Below are positions 25,549 to 39,265 of a stretch of DNA of 64,000 nucleotides, piece by piece (position 1 is the stretch's first letter; each line of letters begins with the position of its first letter). Under the pieces are notes generated by a model. The model worked only from the letters and a program-made list of their open reading frames with translations, was not told the DNA's origin and searched no databases. The stretch is from Octopus bimaculoides. Taxonomy: Eukaryota. The stretch spans positions 12,316,544-12,380,543 of the forward strand of contig NC_068989.1 of assembly GCF_001194135.2 (NCBI RefSeq). The letters are read 5' to 3'. A program made the position numbers and the translations under genes.

Positions 25549-26584
25549 ACATGAACATGTATATGCTTGTGTGTATGTATGTCTATATATATATGTGTCT
25601 ATGCATATATATGTGTCTGTGTATGTATATATGTTATAAATCAACAAGCGAAGCGAGTTGATTTCGTACGGTGCCGAGGCTTGGGAGTTGCGGAAGGAAA
25701 TTCCAAGCGATGAGTCACATGTTCACATGTGAAGTCAGCGAATAATAAAGCGACATTCCTAAGGAAAAAGGAATTACGCAGGGAAACGCAATTCCACGAT
25801 AGGGTGTACCGCTGAGGCCATCAGCGGCCATTATTCGCCCCATTAGGCTGCGAACAGCGAGTAAATAGTCTAGAGGACGAAATATTAACAGACGTGCGAG
25901 TAGGTTCCTCACTTCTGCAGTCTTTACATGTAATCTCCTCGTCACTTACCTATACATAATCCTGTAATATTTTTGTTATTGCTATTTATATTTATTTGTA
26001 ATATTGTTCTATCAGTTTTGTTCCTATTGTTGCTGCTGTTATTGTATTTGATATACATTTTTGTATGGGTGGGAGTGCGTTATTATTCCTGTTATTCAGT
26101 ACCGTAGGAATGTGTTATATATTCTTACAAGTATTGTGCAAAAGCATTGATGGATGATATTTTATATTTTATTCACCTTATTAATCTACCAATCTCCAAA
26201 CATCCATTAATCATTTGTTCTTTATTCATTGTCAACTGCGTGTGTGTATATNNNNNNNNNNNNNNNNNNNNNNNNNNNNNNNNNNNNNNNNNNNNNNNNN
26301 NNNNNNNNNNNNNNNNNNNNNNNNNNNNNNNNNNNNNNNNNNNNNNNNNNATGTGTGTAAGCATACACACACATACACATATATACATATATTTACACAC
26401 ATTATATGTGTTTGTGTGTGTGCGTATGTGTATATATATTTATGTACATATTTATAAATACACACACACACACACACACACATATATATTTATTTATATA
26501 TATATATATATATATACATATTCAAAGTGTAGAAATTACACACTAGTGGGGAGATATTTATGAAAAAGAAGAACGACAATGTAA

Positions 26585-27411
26585 CTTTTTTAAAAAAATT
26601 AGGCACATTTAAATTTCTTTATATAAATTCATTAAGCAATGTTTTGTCTTACATGTTTCGTTTGTTTATAATCCTTATCAAAAATATGTACTTAAATGAA
26701 ATATGTAGATAAAAAAAATATTGATAAAATTATTAATAAAATAAACGTTCATAGTGTACTATTCTTTTTCCTGCAAGAGCACGAGGTAATTTCCATTAAT
26801 TTTCGTGGCATTGCTAGTAGCAACTTCAGCTTCTGTCTGTGCTGATAAATTAAGTAGTGGTCAAAGCTGTTTTGAAAAGGAGTGGTTGCAGCAGTCAAAA
26901 AAGCAGCAATAATAGTCATCGTAAAGTTATCTCCCCTGAGAAATAGATTTATTCAGCCCCCCCTTCTTTATTTCTTATGTATAATGTACATATAGTTTCA
27001 GTGTTCCGAGCATTAAGAATTTAGATATGTTCTCATGAAATGCATTTCTTTGCTATTGCGTTCATTTTGACTAGCATTGTCTTTGAATTTGTCAAATGGA
27101 AACGTTGTGAATTTGGGATATTTATTGGATGCTCATCTGTCTATGTATTCTGATCCTTCTATTATGCTGATACAGATCCCACATTTGGGCCTCCCGCACT
27201 CTCTTACTGTCGGCTTTGTTGTTATTGCTGAGTGTAATTTGGCCTGGGTTAAAATACTCTTCATTGATTTTGGCTGTCTCTAACCTTTGATGATAGTGTG
27301 TGTTTGGAGGATTTCATTCATCTCTGGGTCCCTTTTGAGTGGAGCTATGCTATGGAGTTTAGTGTTGAAGGCCTCATTGTTATGTGGGTTGTGTGTGGAG
27401 ATGTAAGGCAG
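26585..27411 (-). mobile_element. Penelope-like element 3' fragment with internal deletion (linker zinc finger, ORF C-terminus, tail)
   Basis: Translation LPYISTHNPHNNEAF...G*RQPKSMKSILTQAKL...VRECGRPKCGICISIIEGS then EYIDR*ASNKYPKFTTFPFDKFKDNASQNERNSKEMHFMRTYLNS*. RQPK and CxxxxCxxC are typical of the Neptune-type PLE RT-EN linker. The GIY-YIG core is missing. Confidence 0.8.
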
Positions 27412-28042
27412 GTGCACTAATCCCAAATTAGAATTCCGGAATATAGGAAAATATCTGTCACCGAACACATTGACAGATGTGCATCCAATAAATATCCCAA
27501 ATTCACATCTTTTCCTTTATACAAACTCAAAGACAATGCTAGCCAAAATGAACGCATTCGCAAGGAAATGCATTTCATAAGAAACTATCTAAATTCTTAA
27601 TGCTCGGAACACTGAAACTATATGTATATTATTCATAAGAAATAAAGAGAGATTGAATAGATCTATTTCTGTGATGACCTCAGGGGAGATAATTTACGGC
27701 GACTATTACTACTGCTGCTGCTTAGTTGACTGATGCAGTCACTCCTTTTGAAAATAGTTTTGACCACACTATTTAATATCTCATCACAGACAGCAGCTGA
27801 AGTTGCTACTAGCAATGCCACGAAAATTAATGGAAATTACCACGTGCTCTTGCAGGAAAGAGACAAGCACACTATGAACGTTTATTTTATTAATGATTTT
27901 AGTAATATTGTTTTTGTCTACATATTTCATTTAAGTACATATATTTGATAAGGTTTATAAACAACCGAAACATGAAAAACAAAAACATTTTCTTAATGTA
28001 ATTATATAAAGTAATTTAAATATACCTAATTTTATAAAAGTC
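27412..28042 (+). mobile_element. Penelope-like element 3' end, inverted relative to the left copy
   Basis: VH*SQIRIPEYRKISVTEHIDRCASNKYPKFTSFPLYKLKDNASQNERIRKEMHFIRNYLNS* (stop at 27598-27600), followed by a tail that is the reverse complement of 26585-27150. Confidence 0.8.
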
Positions 28043-28204
28043 GCATTTTCGTTCATATATACATACATATATACATACAAACATACATATATATANNNNN
28101 NNNNNNNNNNNNNNGGATGAGTTTGTCTTCGTTTTTTTAACACGTAAAGATATATAAACACACACACATGCATGCATACATACATACATACAAAGTTGCA
28201 CATA

Positions 28205-28271
<67 letters not shown>

Positions 28272-28934
28272 CCGGATGAATTTGTCTTTGTCCTTTTATA
28301 GGAATTTTTTCCATAGATATATAATATATTCCTCATACGTTATATACACACGCGCATATATAAGAATATATGTGTATGCATATACATCTATCTATATATA
28401 TATATGTATGTGTATATGTATGCATGTATGTATGCATGCGTGTGTGTGTGTGTGTGCGTTTATATACCTTTACCTGTTTCCATACTGTCTGTTTTTGTGT
28501 TTGTGATTTAATATTAGAATTTATAATCTACGGATGGCAAATGCGGTGAACTGAAACATCAGTAATGAATACAGTGTTTCCCATTTTTTGTTGAATAAAC
28601 ACTATGAGGTGATAAGAGAAACAGTTTGGATAAAAGGAAGGGAAAAGATAAAAGAGAGATCTCAGTCAGTTCAATAATTGATTTTAGAAGATAATTCGTT
28701 TAAGGTGATTAAAAGAAAATCTACTAATAAAGGGGAAGAACAAAATCCTTTTATTTACAGGAAGAATTTATATTACAATTAAATTACGTAAACATGAAAT
28801 AATTATGTTATGAGTAATAACATTGCTTAATGGAATTATTTCCAGTGCTCTTTATTTATTATCGTACAAGTAAATATTCATATGAAATACATACACATGT
28901 ATGTATATGTGTTTGTGTGTTTGCTTTTCACTCA

Positions 28935-28993
<59 letters not shown>

Positions 28994-29051
28994 CAAAGAG
29001 AATGAAAAACAAACATGTATATNNNNNNNNNNNNNNNNNNNNNNNNNNNNN

Positions 29052-29094
<43 letters not shown>

Positions 29095-29228
29095 ACTTAA
29101 TGACCGTTTATATGCAAATATTGTCAGAAATGTGTTTAAGTTTAATATCTATTCATTTGTGTGTCTGTGTCTAACTATCTATTTTTCTATGTATGTGTGT
29201 GATAGATATAGATATGTATGTATGTATG

Positions 29229-29278
<50 letters not shown>

Positions 29279-29302
29279 NNNNNNNNNNTATATATATATG
29301 TA

Positions 29303-29348
<46 letters not shown>

Positions 29349-30062
29349 TGATTATATGTATGTATATATATATATATATACGCATTCACTTATATATGCA
29401 TATATACACATATATGCTATGTGTGTATATATAACTATACATAAATGTTGATATATAGCCGTATGTATATATCCATACATACGTTCAAACATACATACAC
29501 AAACACATACGTACGTACGAACATTCATCACATATACATTCTTACATAGATATATCGATAACTAGATATCTTGTGAGATAGGAAAATTCATTGATCTATT
29601 GGTTGACTGACTGCGAGATTCATACACATACCAAAAAATGATTGAGAATTTGTGTGTTTGCGTTCGTGTGCTTTCTTTTATAGGATTGGTAGTCAATCTC
29701 TGTGTGTGTTCCGTTAATCATATTGTTCCCTTGGTAGACGAACAGTAAACCGATTACATTAAGTGGGGTGGGGCGACAATTAATTAACAGTTATAATTTG
29801 CATCGGGGCATTCTAAGTAAAATCAGATGAAAATTGATTTGTAGGGATTGCTCGAAAATGAATAGCAATTGAAACAATAACCTGTGGCCCCAATGTACTA
29901 AGTGGTGCGACACACACTTTAATGCACAGCTTGCTACATACGCGCGTATAATATGCTAGCTTGTGTACTAGTAGTTCTACAGTAATACAATTTATGGTAA
30001 ACAGAATACTCTTTGCGCTGATCATGAAAGATACACATTTATCTCCTCATGTTTGTATGTAC

Positions 30063-30146
<84 letters not shown>

Positions 30147-30552
30147 ATATATAGACAATTCAAACATGAACATGCAATGAAAAACACGAAAACCACGGAA
30201 AAACAACAACGCGAGTACGTGGAATAAGTACAGTNNNNNNNNNNNNNNNNNNNNNNNNNNNNNNNNNNNNNNNNNNNNNNNNNNNNNNNNNNNNNNNNNN
30301 NNNNNNNNNNNNNNNNNNNNNNNNNNNNNNNNNNNNNNNNNNNNNNNNNNNNNNNNNNNNNNNNNNNNNNNNNNNNNNNNNNNNNNNNNNNNNNNNNNNN
30401 NNNNNNNNNNNNNNNNNNNNNNNNNNNNNNNNNNNNNNNNNNNNNNNNNNNNNNNNNNNNNNNNNNNNNNNNNNNNNNNNNNNNNNNNNNNNNNNNNNNN
30501 NNNNNNNNNNNNNNNNNNNNNNNNNNNNNNNNNNNNNNNNNNNNNNNNNNNN

Positions 30553-31300
30553 GAATAGGACAAGAATGCAAAACATCCAGGCAGTTACGTGATACAAGGA
30601 AGGGACAAAACATCCAGATAGACGATACAAAGAAAACACTGACGGGTCATTCGGAGTTTTCTCTCTTCAGTCGAGATCCAGATTATCCTTGCAATTTCGG
30701 CTGGTTATTCTCGATATTGCTCCAATCTGGCCAGCCCCAGGGAAAAACTAAGCTAAGAGCATTAGAATCCTAGGAAGAAAGCAACAAATGTATACAAAAA
30801 CAAGGACGGAAAAAACGAACAATGTTACACAAATACAATAGGAATAAAAACAAGACAACGCAACAGATGTCTTTCGATTAAGGACGAATAAAATTAAGCT
30901 GACGTGTATGGAAATAAGGCCTTACAGCCAGGATACATGATTTCACAGGCACAGGGAGGAATAACGATGTCACACGCTCACCGACCGCCCAAGTAAGAAA
31001 GTCAGGCTTGGCCGAACACCGGTCACGTGGGAAGAGAAGAGAGAGGTAGAGGCATGAGATAAAAGAATTAAGGAGGGGCGAGAAAAAATAACAGGGACAC
31101 ACTGAAGTGAAAAGTGGAGGGAGAAGAGAAGGCAAGGAAATGTGAGCGAGGGGGATGAAAAACGAACAATGGAATGAACGAATAAGGGTGAAGGGGCTGA
31201 TAGACAGCCTCATCACCACCATCTCAACGCCAAAACAGCCGAACTAACATGTCTGACAGAAGGCCTGCACATCAAATGGTCAGCATACCACCAAAAATCT
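30553..31300 (-). mobile_element. Interspersed repeat, probably a PLE pseudo-LTR or associated sequence
   Basis: Abuts a gap. Purine-biased. Carries a hammerhead-like relic CTGAAGAGAGAAAACTCCGAA on the minus strand near 30651-30671. Family assignment is from recall only. Confidence 0.35.
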
Positions 31301-32415
31301 ATGCATGAGTATGCTTCTGAAGATCTGAGTTAGATAGTAATATCGACAGGAATGCTGCATTCTTGGACTCGTTATTGCTACATCATATTACAATTTGAAG
31401 GTTAAGCATTTTCAGTCCAAGAACAAGATATTGTTTTACCTAGGAAGCAAAAGAAACAGTAAAAGCCTTGAAGCTTCGAGATACAACCAAAAATATATAT
31501 TACGTTACATTTCTATGGAAAACATTATATATGTGTTTAGAAGCTGTCCAAACATTTCAGCAAATAATAGCTCCTTATGCGATGCGAAGTTTTCGCTAAA
31601 ACAATACACAATCTACATTATCAATCGACAAAAAGTATATCCTGGAAGAAATATATAGAATCCCCATGTTATTAAAAATATACACAAACATCAACTCAAA
31701 CACTATTCGGGAAACACTGTAAAATTTTCTCAAGTGTAAACATAACGGGTTGGATATCGTAGTTTGGAACGCAGCAAAAAGTATGTAAGGTCATAGAGCT
31801 ACTCTACCCAGAATATGAATTCACATTTATACCAATAATGATTGGGGTACATATGATTCATTTATATTCATCACTAACATCGTTAATGTGATTATTTTTA
31901 TTAATTTTACTACAAAATTTTGCTTATTATATATAAATAATATCTTTACGATAGAATGTTAATATATTTAAAAAATATTATTTCAAATCAGTTACGAAAT
32001 AAATAGGCTTCGATTACCATCGAATATACGATAGCGCTCTGTATATAGATTACCATAGTTATAGACATCATCTTTAATGAAACTACCAAACTTCTAAACC
32101 ATGAATCTTACATCTTTTCAATATTTACTTGGTGCACTTTTGGTTTCCAGCGATTTTCCTTTATTCCTTCCTTCCGTCTATTCTTGTCTCAATCTAATCC
32201 CAGCATTTATTTTGCTATCAAAATCTGTTCCAATCTTTTTATACCATATCTGTCTGTCTGTCTGGCTGTCTGCCTGTCTTTCTATGTGGATAGATAGCTA
32301 GATGCTAGATATTGATATACATACATAAATATCTATAAATATTTATATCCCATAGTACATTTTCAATAGACCTATGTATATACATTTCCTTACGTATAAG
32401 TAAGTAAAAATATAC

Positions 32416-32465
<50 letters not shown>

Positions 32466-33488
32466 CACGGAATATTTTACTTCTTTTTAATTCTTGGGTT
32501 GCTTTGAGGGGATGGACTTCGAGCAACGTTTTGTTTCACAGTAAAATCTGAAGCGGTGTATAAATATCTTTTTGTGGAACTTTATTACCTCATATTTATA
32601 GCATTCACAGTGGTAATATTCTTGTGTGTTTCTAGCTAAAAGGAGCAAACCAAAAAATATATAAAAAAAACAAAAAAAAACATTATAAATCCCAAGAAAA
32701 ACAAATACGAAAGCAAACTAAAAGAAATAGAAGGGAGATATAATTCTTATCAGCAGCTTTTCAATATTTTCTCCCCCCTTACCTTTTTCCCTTATGGCTA
32801 ACATTGTCTCTATAGAACAGCTATATACATTTTTTTGTCGTATTTCGTTATCGATTTCTTACGACGTTTTTATGAAGCAATGAAATAGTGGAGAAATGCG
32901 TCGGTCGGTAAGTAAGCGGATAACTATTGTCCTTTTATTATTGAAAATATCAAATAATTTTATGTAAAGAAACAACAATGTTAATGTATTTGTTCACAGC
33001 TTGTTTCTCTTTCGGAGCAAAGCTTTAGGCCACAGTGAGAAAGTGAAAAGTTTGTATCTTCAATTGACGAATGAGAAAATGGAAGCATGTGAATATATCT
33101 AAAGGCTACTTCAGTTGCTTTATTTCAGAAGGAAATGGGCGTCGGATTTAAGAAAATACCATATCGAAGATTTGCTTTGAAAGAAATAAATCACTTTTAA
33201 GGAACAATTCAAATGAGTAAGTAAATGATTGTAAACATCCTGCAAGCAATATGGTAGTCAGCTGAATCTCTATTCACACGGAGAATTACACGCTAAGTAT
33301 CTTAGAGTATAGTATTTGTGGCGGTCATTTATTTGTGTATTAAAAAGAACCCCTTACTGTATAGAAACGAATGTGACGTCACCAGATACTGAAGATTATG
33401 ATAACAATCACAGTTCATATATCAGGTCATCATATAAAGATTTATCTTTCCTACTTGTCCTATTTCATGAATAAAATAAGCTCTGCTC

Positions 33489-33630
<142 letters not shown>

Positions 33631-33991
33631 ATTTAGATATATTAATTTACGTACGCTTATTCAAGGAATGTGTTTCCGAAATATTTATTCAATGGGTGAA
33701 GTGAGAACTTTTAGGCTAGAATGTCTAATATTTATGTATACAAAGGCAGATGTTTCTAGCCGAAAATCAACCGTGAATTGTGTTTACCATTATAATCGCT
33801 ACACAAATATCAGCCTCTTATATATAAATACGTGACCTAGATTCTAAAATGAATATTGCAAGATAACCGGACTCATTATGAAAACATAAACAAATGTAAG
33901 GAAAATACGAGCTAATATTATCAAGAGGAACCGAAATGGCTGTATGGTTCAAATTTCCTTTCACTAACTCCTGTTTTCGAGTTCGAGTATA

Positions 33992-34205
33992 CGAGGGGTC
34001 ACTGAAAAGTTCCTGCCTTTAAAGCTATCCCGAAAGGTCTGGCTGGAGGCTCGATCTTCCGAGTTCTTTTACAAGGCGTAGGAAAATTGAAGGACCGCTA
34101 CAGCACTTGTGTGAATCTAAGAGAATATGTTGACTAAAATAATGATTAACTGATCCTTCTATATTTTCTTTTACCCCAAATCAGGAACTTTTCAGTATCT
34201 CCTCG
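33992..34205 (+). mobile_element. Mariner-derived MITE
   Basis: TIRs CGAGGGGTCACTGAAAAGTTCCTG and (reverse complement) CGAGGAGATACTGAAAAGTTCCTG. TA target-site duplication at 33990-33991 and 34206-34207. Internal TGTGTGAATCTAAGAGAATATGTTGA resembles the mariner transposase C-terminus. Confidence 0.88.
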
Positions 34206-37200
34206 TATTAGATTGAGATTCGTTGTATAGTTACAAAGTATGTTTTGACATAGATTCTGGTAGATAAAAATTTGATAAGAGTAAGTTCGCATAAAGACAT
34301 TGCAGTTAACTATCGTGAATACAAGCGGGTGAAGTGGGGTTACACAAAGGATGTCTGGTATAACGTTATTCGACAAAGTTCGTTGCTTGGACATCCCGGA
34401 GTCGGACACAACTCCGATACAAGGGTCATATGGTTAGAATGTCACAGGAAATTATTGCAAAGATGATTCGTCAAACCAAACCAACCAGCAATGGATACAG
34501 GGGTAAACCAAAAGTTGGACAATATTCATAGAATCGGTTCACGTTGGGGATTCGGGAAAAATGTTTATGACGCTTACGTATGAGAGGACTCTATTTAGTA
34601 GATGCTCCGCTATTCGTGGAGTGAGAGTTATGAGGCATCTACCACGAGTAGCGGGCGATGATAATGATAGGATAGATACGACATTAACTTTCGTTGAAGG
34701 AACGCTCTTGTTTTGTGTGGTAAATCTACGCTGTCACTCGCTTGAACTACATCACCAGCCTTCGGTGATTTTAAAGTAAATTCTTCCCTGTTTTACATTT
34801 CTCAAAAAAAAAAAAAGCACTTTCGGAAGTGGTGATAGATACTACGTTTATTATTCTGTTCATATCATTATAAAAGATTATAGGACGAGATAGATGTTAT
34901 TTGTTTTAATTCCGTAACGTAGTAAACGCTTTTTTTTTTAACCATATAGTCACTTTAATATAAATATATAATAGTGGGCGCAAAACCCCATCTGTACCTG
35001 TAATTGTTTCACCAAGAGAGAAAAGAATTGTAAAAAGATATTTCCATATTTTAACGACAATATATATATGAACTGTAAAACGTTCAGTGGAGTATTTAAT
35101 TTCTCAATATAGATGGACGAATCTGAAGCTTCAAAATATTTAAACCGTCAGACAATTGCTTTTTGTAACACCATTATCTTTCGATTATGTAATAAAAAAT
35201 TTCCCATAAACCACTCTGAGAAAATAAGTTAATGTTAAAAATATGGTGGAAATGTAGATGAAATTATGATTGAGAATTAAATTAAAGCATTAAAATCTAT
35301 GTTGATGTACATTATAGAATAGAGCCATCTTATTTCTGTCACATACGTAAGATAATATTGTCTTGCTCTATTTTTTATGTAGTGATTATGTCTTTGTTGT
35401 ACAGAAGTAAAACAAAATAGATGCGTACAATCACTAGATGTTATAGAAAAATCTCTGTCTTTCTGATGATAGAATAGATTTGTGATTGGAGGTATTTAGT
35501 TGCATGCTGATGAAGGTTAGAAGTCGAAGATTAAGGAGGAATGAACGGCAGTGCCGTCTGAGTACGAACTGGTGTATTTATTGTTTTGAAGACAACCATA
35601 TCGTTGATATATAGGTAGGATGAAGTGACAGTCAAACCGTAACTGAAAATTGTTTGTTATAATTATGTCAGTCAAAAAACTTGTTTTATCTGATACTGGA
35701 ATGGTATAATCTAGGAGGAAGCCACAGACATAAAAGAGACTGGTGGATCCCTATTCAGGCTACCATGCAGCTGATTAGCTCGCCGTTGCAGAGAGGAGTA
35801 TCACACATTTCCTTTAATTTCTCATCGGTGATGAACGAATGGTGAGAGATAACAGAGAATACCTTTTCTGTCGATTCTGCAGATATGAAAGCTAAATTGG
35901 TGCTCCTTCAGGAAGGTGAAGTGTTCACATGTTGAGACATGTCGTTTGAGTTAACTCAAATATGGTGCGTCAGGAACAAAGTTGGCTGGCACGTTCGAGG
36001 ATGTTTTATTCCTTGACAACAGAATACCCGGTAGCGGGTTCCGAATATCGGAATATATCTGTATCAAGATCATTTGAAATGTTTGGCCCTTATACAGCGA
36101 ATCTTGTTTCATTGTTTCGAGAGTAATGGTTGATATATTATTTCAACTGGTGAGCATGTTACTTTGAAGCAATTGGGGACTCGTTTGTACTTGGTTGTGT
36201 GTAGTCATGTCAATGGTGGATTCGAAATGTATGAATGTGGATATGGTTGATATTGTCCGCAGTTTAATACGAGATTTGATGCAAAACATGCAGCATATGT
36301 AGACGCTTTTACCCCGATTGTTGTCATTGCATAGCCATTATATGGTTAAGAATGGACGGGAAAGAGGTAATTATAGTTAAGTGACGCCCAAATGTTTTGG
36401 GTGCAGGGCTAACGGATAATAAGTTTTTTAAAAAGTCAATTGAGACTTAGAATAAATTATAGCTCTACATTTGGGACATTGTTGCTCTTACGCATAAAAG
36501 CATACTGTATCGATCCAACTGATTGGAATATCTCATTACACATTTGTACCTATGGCTAACTGATGAGCTATTTGTATTATCTCTTTGTTATTTTGCCACT
36601 TCAACCTCATTGTTGAAGGACTAACTGATGCGATACTACCTCTAGGGCAGCATTTTGACACACTTGTTTCATCAGCTCGCGTTATGAGCTATAAACACCT
36701 CTCCCTTTTCTGGAGCACTGGTCTCCCCACCGTGTCTTGTTTACGAGTTATCAGTGCGATTCCTTGCTAGCACTTCTTTGTCCTGCGGTCAGGAATTGTG
36801 AATGCCCAAGAAGTAAGTTGCCGGTGTGAATCGTCTCTCTCTCTCAGACGCCCTTTCTTTATTCGGATGATAGAACTGCTAAATTCGATGTTCCGACTAG
36901 AAATAGTTCGCTTTCTAATGGTGCGAGATATTTTCCCTACGTCGTAGGCCATGATCTTGCTTTGAATTGCCCTGGGTTTACTTATCTATCATTGAACCAA
37001 TGGAAAACCAGGATCTTTGGGGATTGGTGATATGTAGGATGTAAAGGTACATACTAAGAGAACGTCAACAGTCATGCACTTAGCCGTTTCTCTTGTGCCA
37101 GGTGTAGAGCAAGCAAAGGACGCGTGCTGCTGGGAATGCTTAGAATAGATCTGACGGCGCTTCACCTGTCAGCTAACTTGAAATGCCGATGTATCTTGGA

Positions 37201-38109
37201 AGCCGGAGTGTTCATGAACAAACACTGTATGTATTTTTCTAACTACATGCATGAAATAAAGTAAAGAAGATATTAAATTAAGTTTGCTTCTGCAAAACCT
37301 CGCCGCTTATGCGGTACGAAGTGAAATGAACTCTAAGAAGCTAAAAGTCATGTGAGGTAGCTAGAGCGTCTGCGTGTGAATAATTCAATCACGGAATTCT
37401 AATTGATCAACGAAAGAAACACTTTACACAGCAATCTCACTAATCTATTACGCTGATGATATATAAGATGATGTAATATACAAAAAATGTCTACGAAATA
37501 TAATAGCAATTGTAAGTAACTGGACAATACAATAAAATAAATAACCCGTGTATTTATCGTCAACACGAACAAAACCGTTGACAGCAGCGGTAGAAAATAT
37601 CGAAAAGTGATCCGTTGCACTATGAATAAGAAGCAATGGCAAAACACAAAAACACACAAAACAAAACAAAATAAAACAATAAAATAGAAAAAAAACTACG
37701 GTAACAAAAATAATGCAAGCAACAACAAAAAAAGTACAATCCAGAATATGCCAAGCAAAATAGCAACAACTTTCATTACTGTAAATAATTAAAAAACAAA
37801 CAAAACAAAGGATATTTTTTTTATTTTTTCACCTCTCCTTACTACTCCAGAAACCATTTTCTTACATCACAACTAAGTTTTATCTTCTTTCTGAAATCAA
37901 TAAAAACATAAATGAATTGCATAACGATGATTGCATCGATTTTCTTTTCAAATAGTTCAGATGCAATCTTTTTTTTTCTTTTTCTCCACGACTTTGATTA
38001 AAATTCTTTTGTGTGCATTTTTCTTCCTCTTCTTATTTTTGGTTTTTTTTTTCACTTCAGTGCTTCTTCTTCTTGCCGTCTTTTACTTCCAGATTCTGAC
38101 TGGTTTGGA

Positions 38110-38385
38110 TGGTATGAAGAATACCTTCTTCTTCTTCATCTTCTTCCTCTTCTTCTTCCTCTTCTTCTTCCACTTCTTCTTCTCCTCCTCCTCCTTGTTG
38201 TTCTTGTTCTCCTTCTTCTCTTTCTCCTCCTCCTTCTTGTTGTTTTTCTTCTCTTTCTTCTCCTGCTTCTCCTCCTCTTTGTTGTTGTTGTTGTTGTTCT
38301 TCTTCTTCTTCTTCTTCTCCTTCTTCTTCTTCTTCTTCTTCTTCTTCTTCTTCTTCTTCTTCTTCTTCTTCTTCTTCTTCTTCCT
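38110..38385. repeat. Imperfect (TCT)/(TCC)/(TTG) microsatellite
   Basis: Direct reading. Confidence 0.92.
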
Positions 38386-39234
38386 CTATCAACTCCCCCC
38401 CCCACTTCCACATTCATTNNNNNNNNNNNNNNNNNNNNNNNNNNNNNNNNNNNNNNNNNNNNNNNNNNNNNNNNNNNNNNNNNNNNNNNNNNNNNNNNNN
38501 NNNNNNNNNNNNNNNNNNNNNNNNNNNNNNNNNNNNNNNNNNNNNNNNNNNNNNNNNNNNNNNNNNNNNNNNNNNNNNNNNNNNNNNNNNNNNNNNNNNN
38601 NNNNNNNNNNNNNNNNNNNNNNNNNNNNNNNNNNNNNNNNNNNNNNNNNNNNNNNNNNNNNNNNNNNNNNNNNNNNNNNNNNNNNNNNNNNNNNNNNNNN
38701 NNNNNNNNNNNNNNNNNNNNNNNNNNNNNNNNNNNNNNNNNNNNNNNNNNNNNNNNNNNNNNNNNNNNNNNNNNNNNNNNNNNNNNNNNNNNNNNNNNNN
38801 NNNNNNNNNNNNNNNNNNNNNNNNNNNNNNNNNNNNNNNNNNNNNNNNNNNNNNNNNNNNNNNNNNNNNNNNNNNNNNNNNNNNNNNNNNNNNNNNNNNN
38901 NNNNNNNNNNNNNNNNNNNNNNNNNNNNNNNNNNNNNNNNNNNNNNNNNNNNNNNNNNNNNNNNNNNNNNNNNNNNNNNNNNNNNNNNNNNNNNNNNNNN
39001 NNNNNNNNNNNNNNNNNNNNNNNNNNNNNNNNNNNNNNNNNNNNNNNNNNNNNNNNNNNNNNNNNNNNNNNNNNNNNNNNNNNNNNNNNNNNNNNNNNNN
39101 NNNNNNNNNNNNNNNNNNNNNNNNNNNNNNNNNNNNNNNNNNNNNNNNNNNNNNNNNNNNNNNNNNNNNNNNNNNNNNNNNNNNNNNNNNNNNNNNNNNN
39201 NNNNNNNNNNNNNNNNNNNNNNNNNNNNNNNNNN

Positions 39235-39265
<31 letters not shown>

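Noticed and set aside
27131-27140. TGA in the left PLE arm where the right arm has a Cys codon (possible selenocysteine)
   Set aside because: A single T-to-A change in a decayed copy that also has other stops. Its zinc-finger cysteines are normal TGY codons. Selenoprotein PLEs (Naiad) have an N-terminal endonuclease, unlike this element.
34270-34700. Possible decayed RTE LINE 3' fragment
   Set aside because: Similarity is too faint to support by eye.
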